Shown piece by piece: positions 63,500 through 64,000 of a DNA stretch of 64,000 bases. Each line of letters begins with the position of its first letter. The first letter of the stretch is position 1. Source of the stretch: Balanoglossus misakiensis (taxonomy: Eukaryota > Animalia > Hemichordata); contig CM082594.2 in the NCBI GenBank assembly GCA_040954595.2, forward strand, positions 10,854,276 through 10,918,275, written 5' to 3'. The notes under the pieces were generated by a model. It was not told where the DNA came from. It saw nothing but the letters and a program-made list of their open reading frames with translations, and searched no databases. Made by a program: the position numbers and the translations under genes.

Positions 63500-64000
63500 A
63501 TAAGCGTTTTTGTGATTTTTCATATTCATTCGCGCGAATTTTGATATATCGACACAGGCCCTATTTTGTGTAGTTTGGTTGCTATGGAATTTTATCCGCA
63601 GTGAACTGCAAAATGCTTACGATTTTTTCGTTCTTGCTGCCATTTTCATGTAAATAGTAAAGGTAAAAACCCGCTGACGAGCGCCTTTTTTGATTATTGG
63701 TTTGGAATTTGCCGCAAACCTTACGGCTTTTAACATTGAGGAGTCGTGCGATTTTCAAAATGGCGTCCATTGATGACGATCTGTACTCGTTGTTTTGAGA
63801 ATCGAAAAATCCATCTTTTATCTTTTATAATATCTGCGGGTTCAGCGTAAATAAGTTTTTTGGTACATGTAGGATAGTAATGTCAACTTAATTTAACTTT
63901 ATATTTGTAGATGCAAAAATATCATAGAGTTAAAAACACGGATTGCCCGACGCCATCTTGATTGTTCTCAACTTCAAGACCTTTCAGTCAATCTCGATTT
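63500..64000. repeat. Possible interspersed repeat or promoter-like region at the window edge
   Basis: CpG-enriched, no credible ORF; AAAATGGCG near 63757-63766 and inverted CGCCATCTTG at 63951-63960. Cannot separate a repeat from the next gene's promoter. Confidence 0.25.

Overview
Intron-rich, AT-rich eukaryotic (animal) DNA, most likely a marine invertebrate; the species cannot be determined from this sequence. Reading splice sites by hand gives nine complete protein-coding genes whose exon phases all close: SLC25A42 (-), CALML4 (+), an unrecognised ~525-aa MGC-starting coiled-coil protein (-), MGAT1 (+), FER/FES tyrosine kinase (-), FBXL17 (+), a Praja-type RING-H2 E3 ligase (-), CSDE1/UNR (-) and PRMT3 (+). 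Eight of the nine sit in four head-to-head pairs. No tRNA, rRNA, CRISPR array or transposase ORF was found. Best leads: (1) the FER-FBXL17-Praja cluster mirrors human 5q21; (2) the unknown gene has a predicted dual-acylation start, a 15-nt microexon and about six RFX X-box-like motifs, suggesting an uncharacterised ciliary membrane protein; (3) a 3-nt microexon candidate and a 36-bp hairpin lie in MGAT1 introns; (4) FER appears to have an N-terminally extended isoform, a possible kinase-less isoform and a GC-AG intron. All models are manual predictions with no RNA data or database searches.
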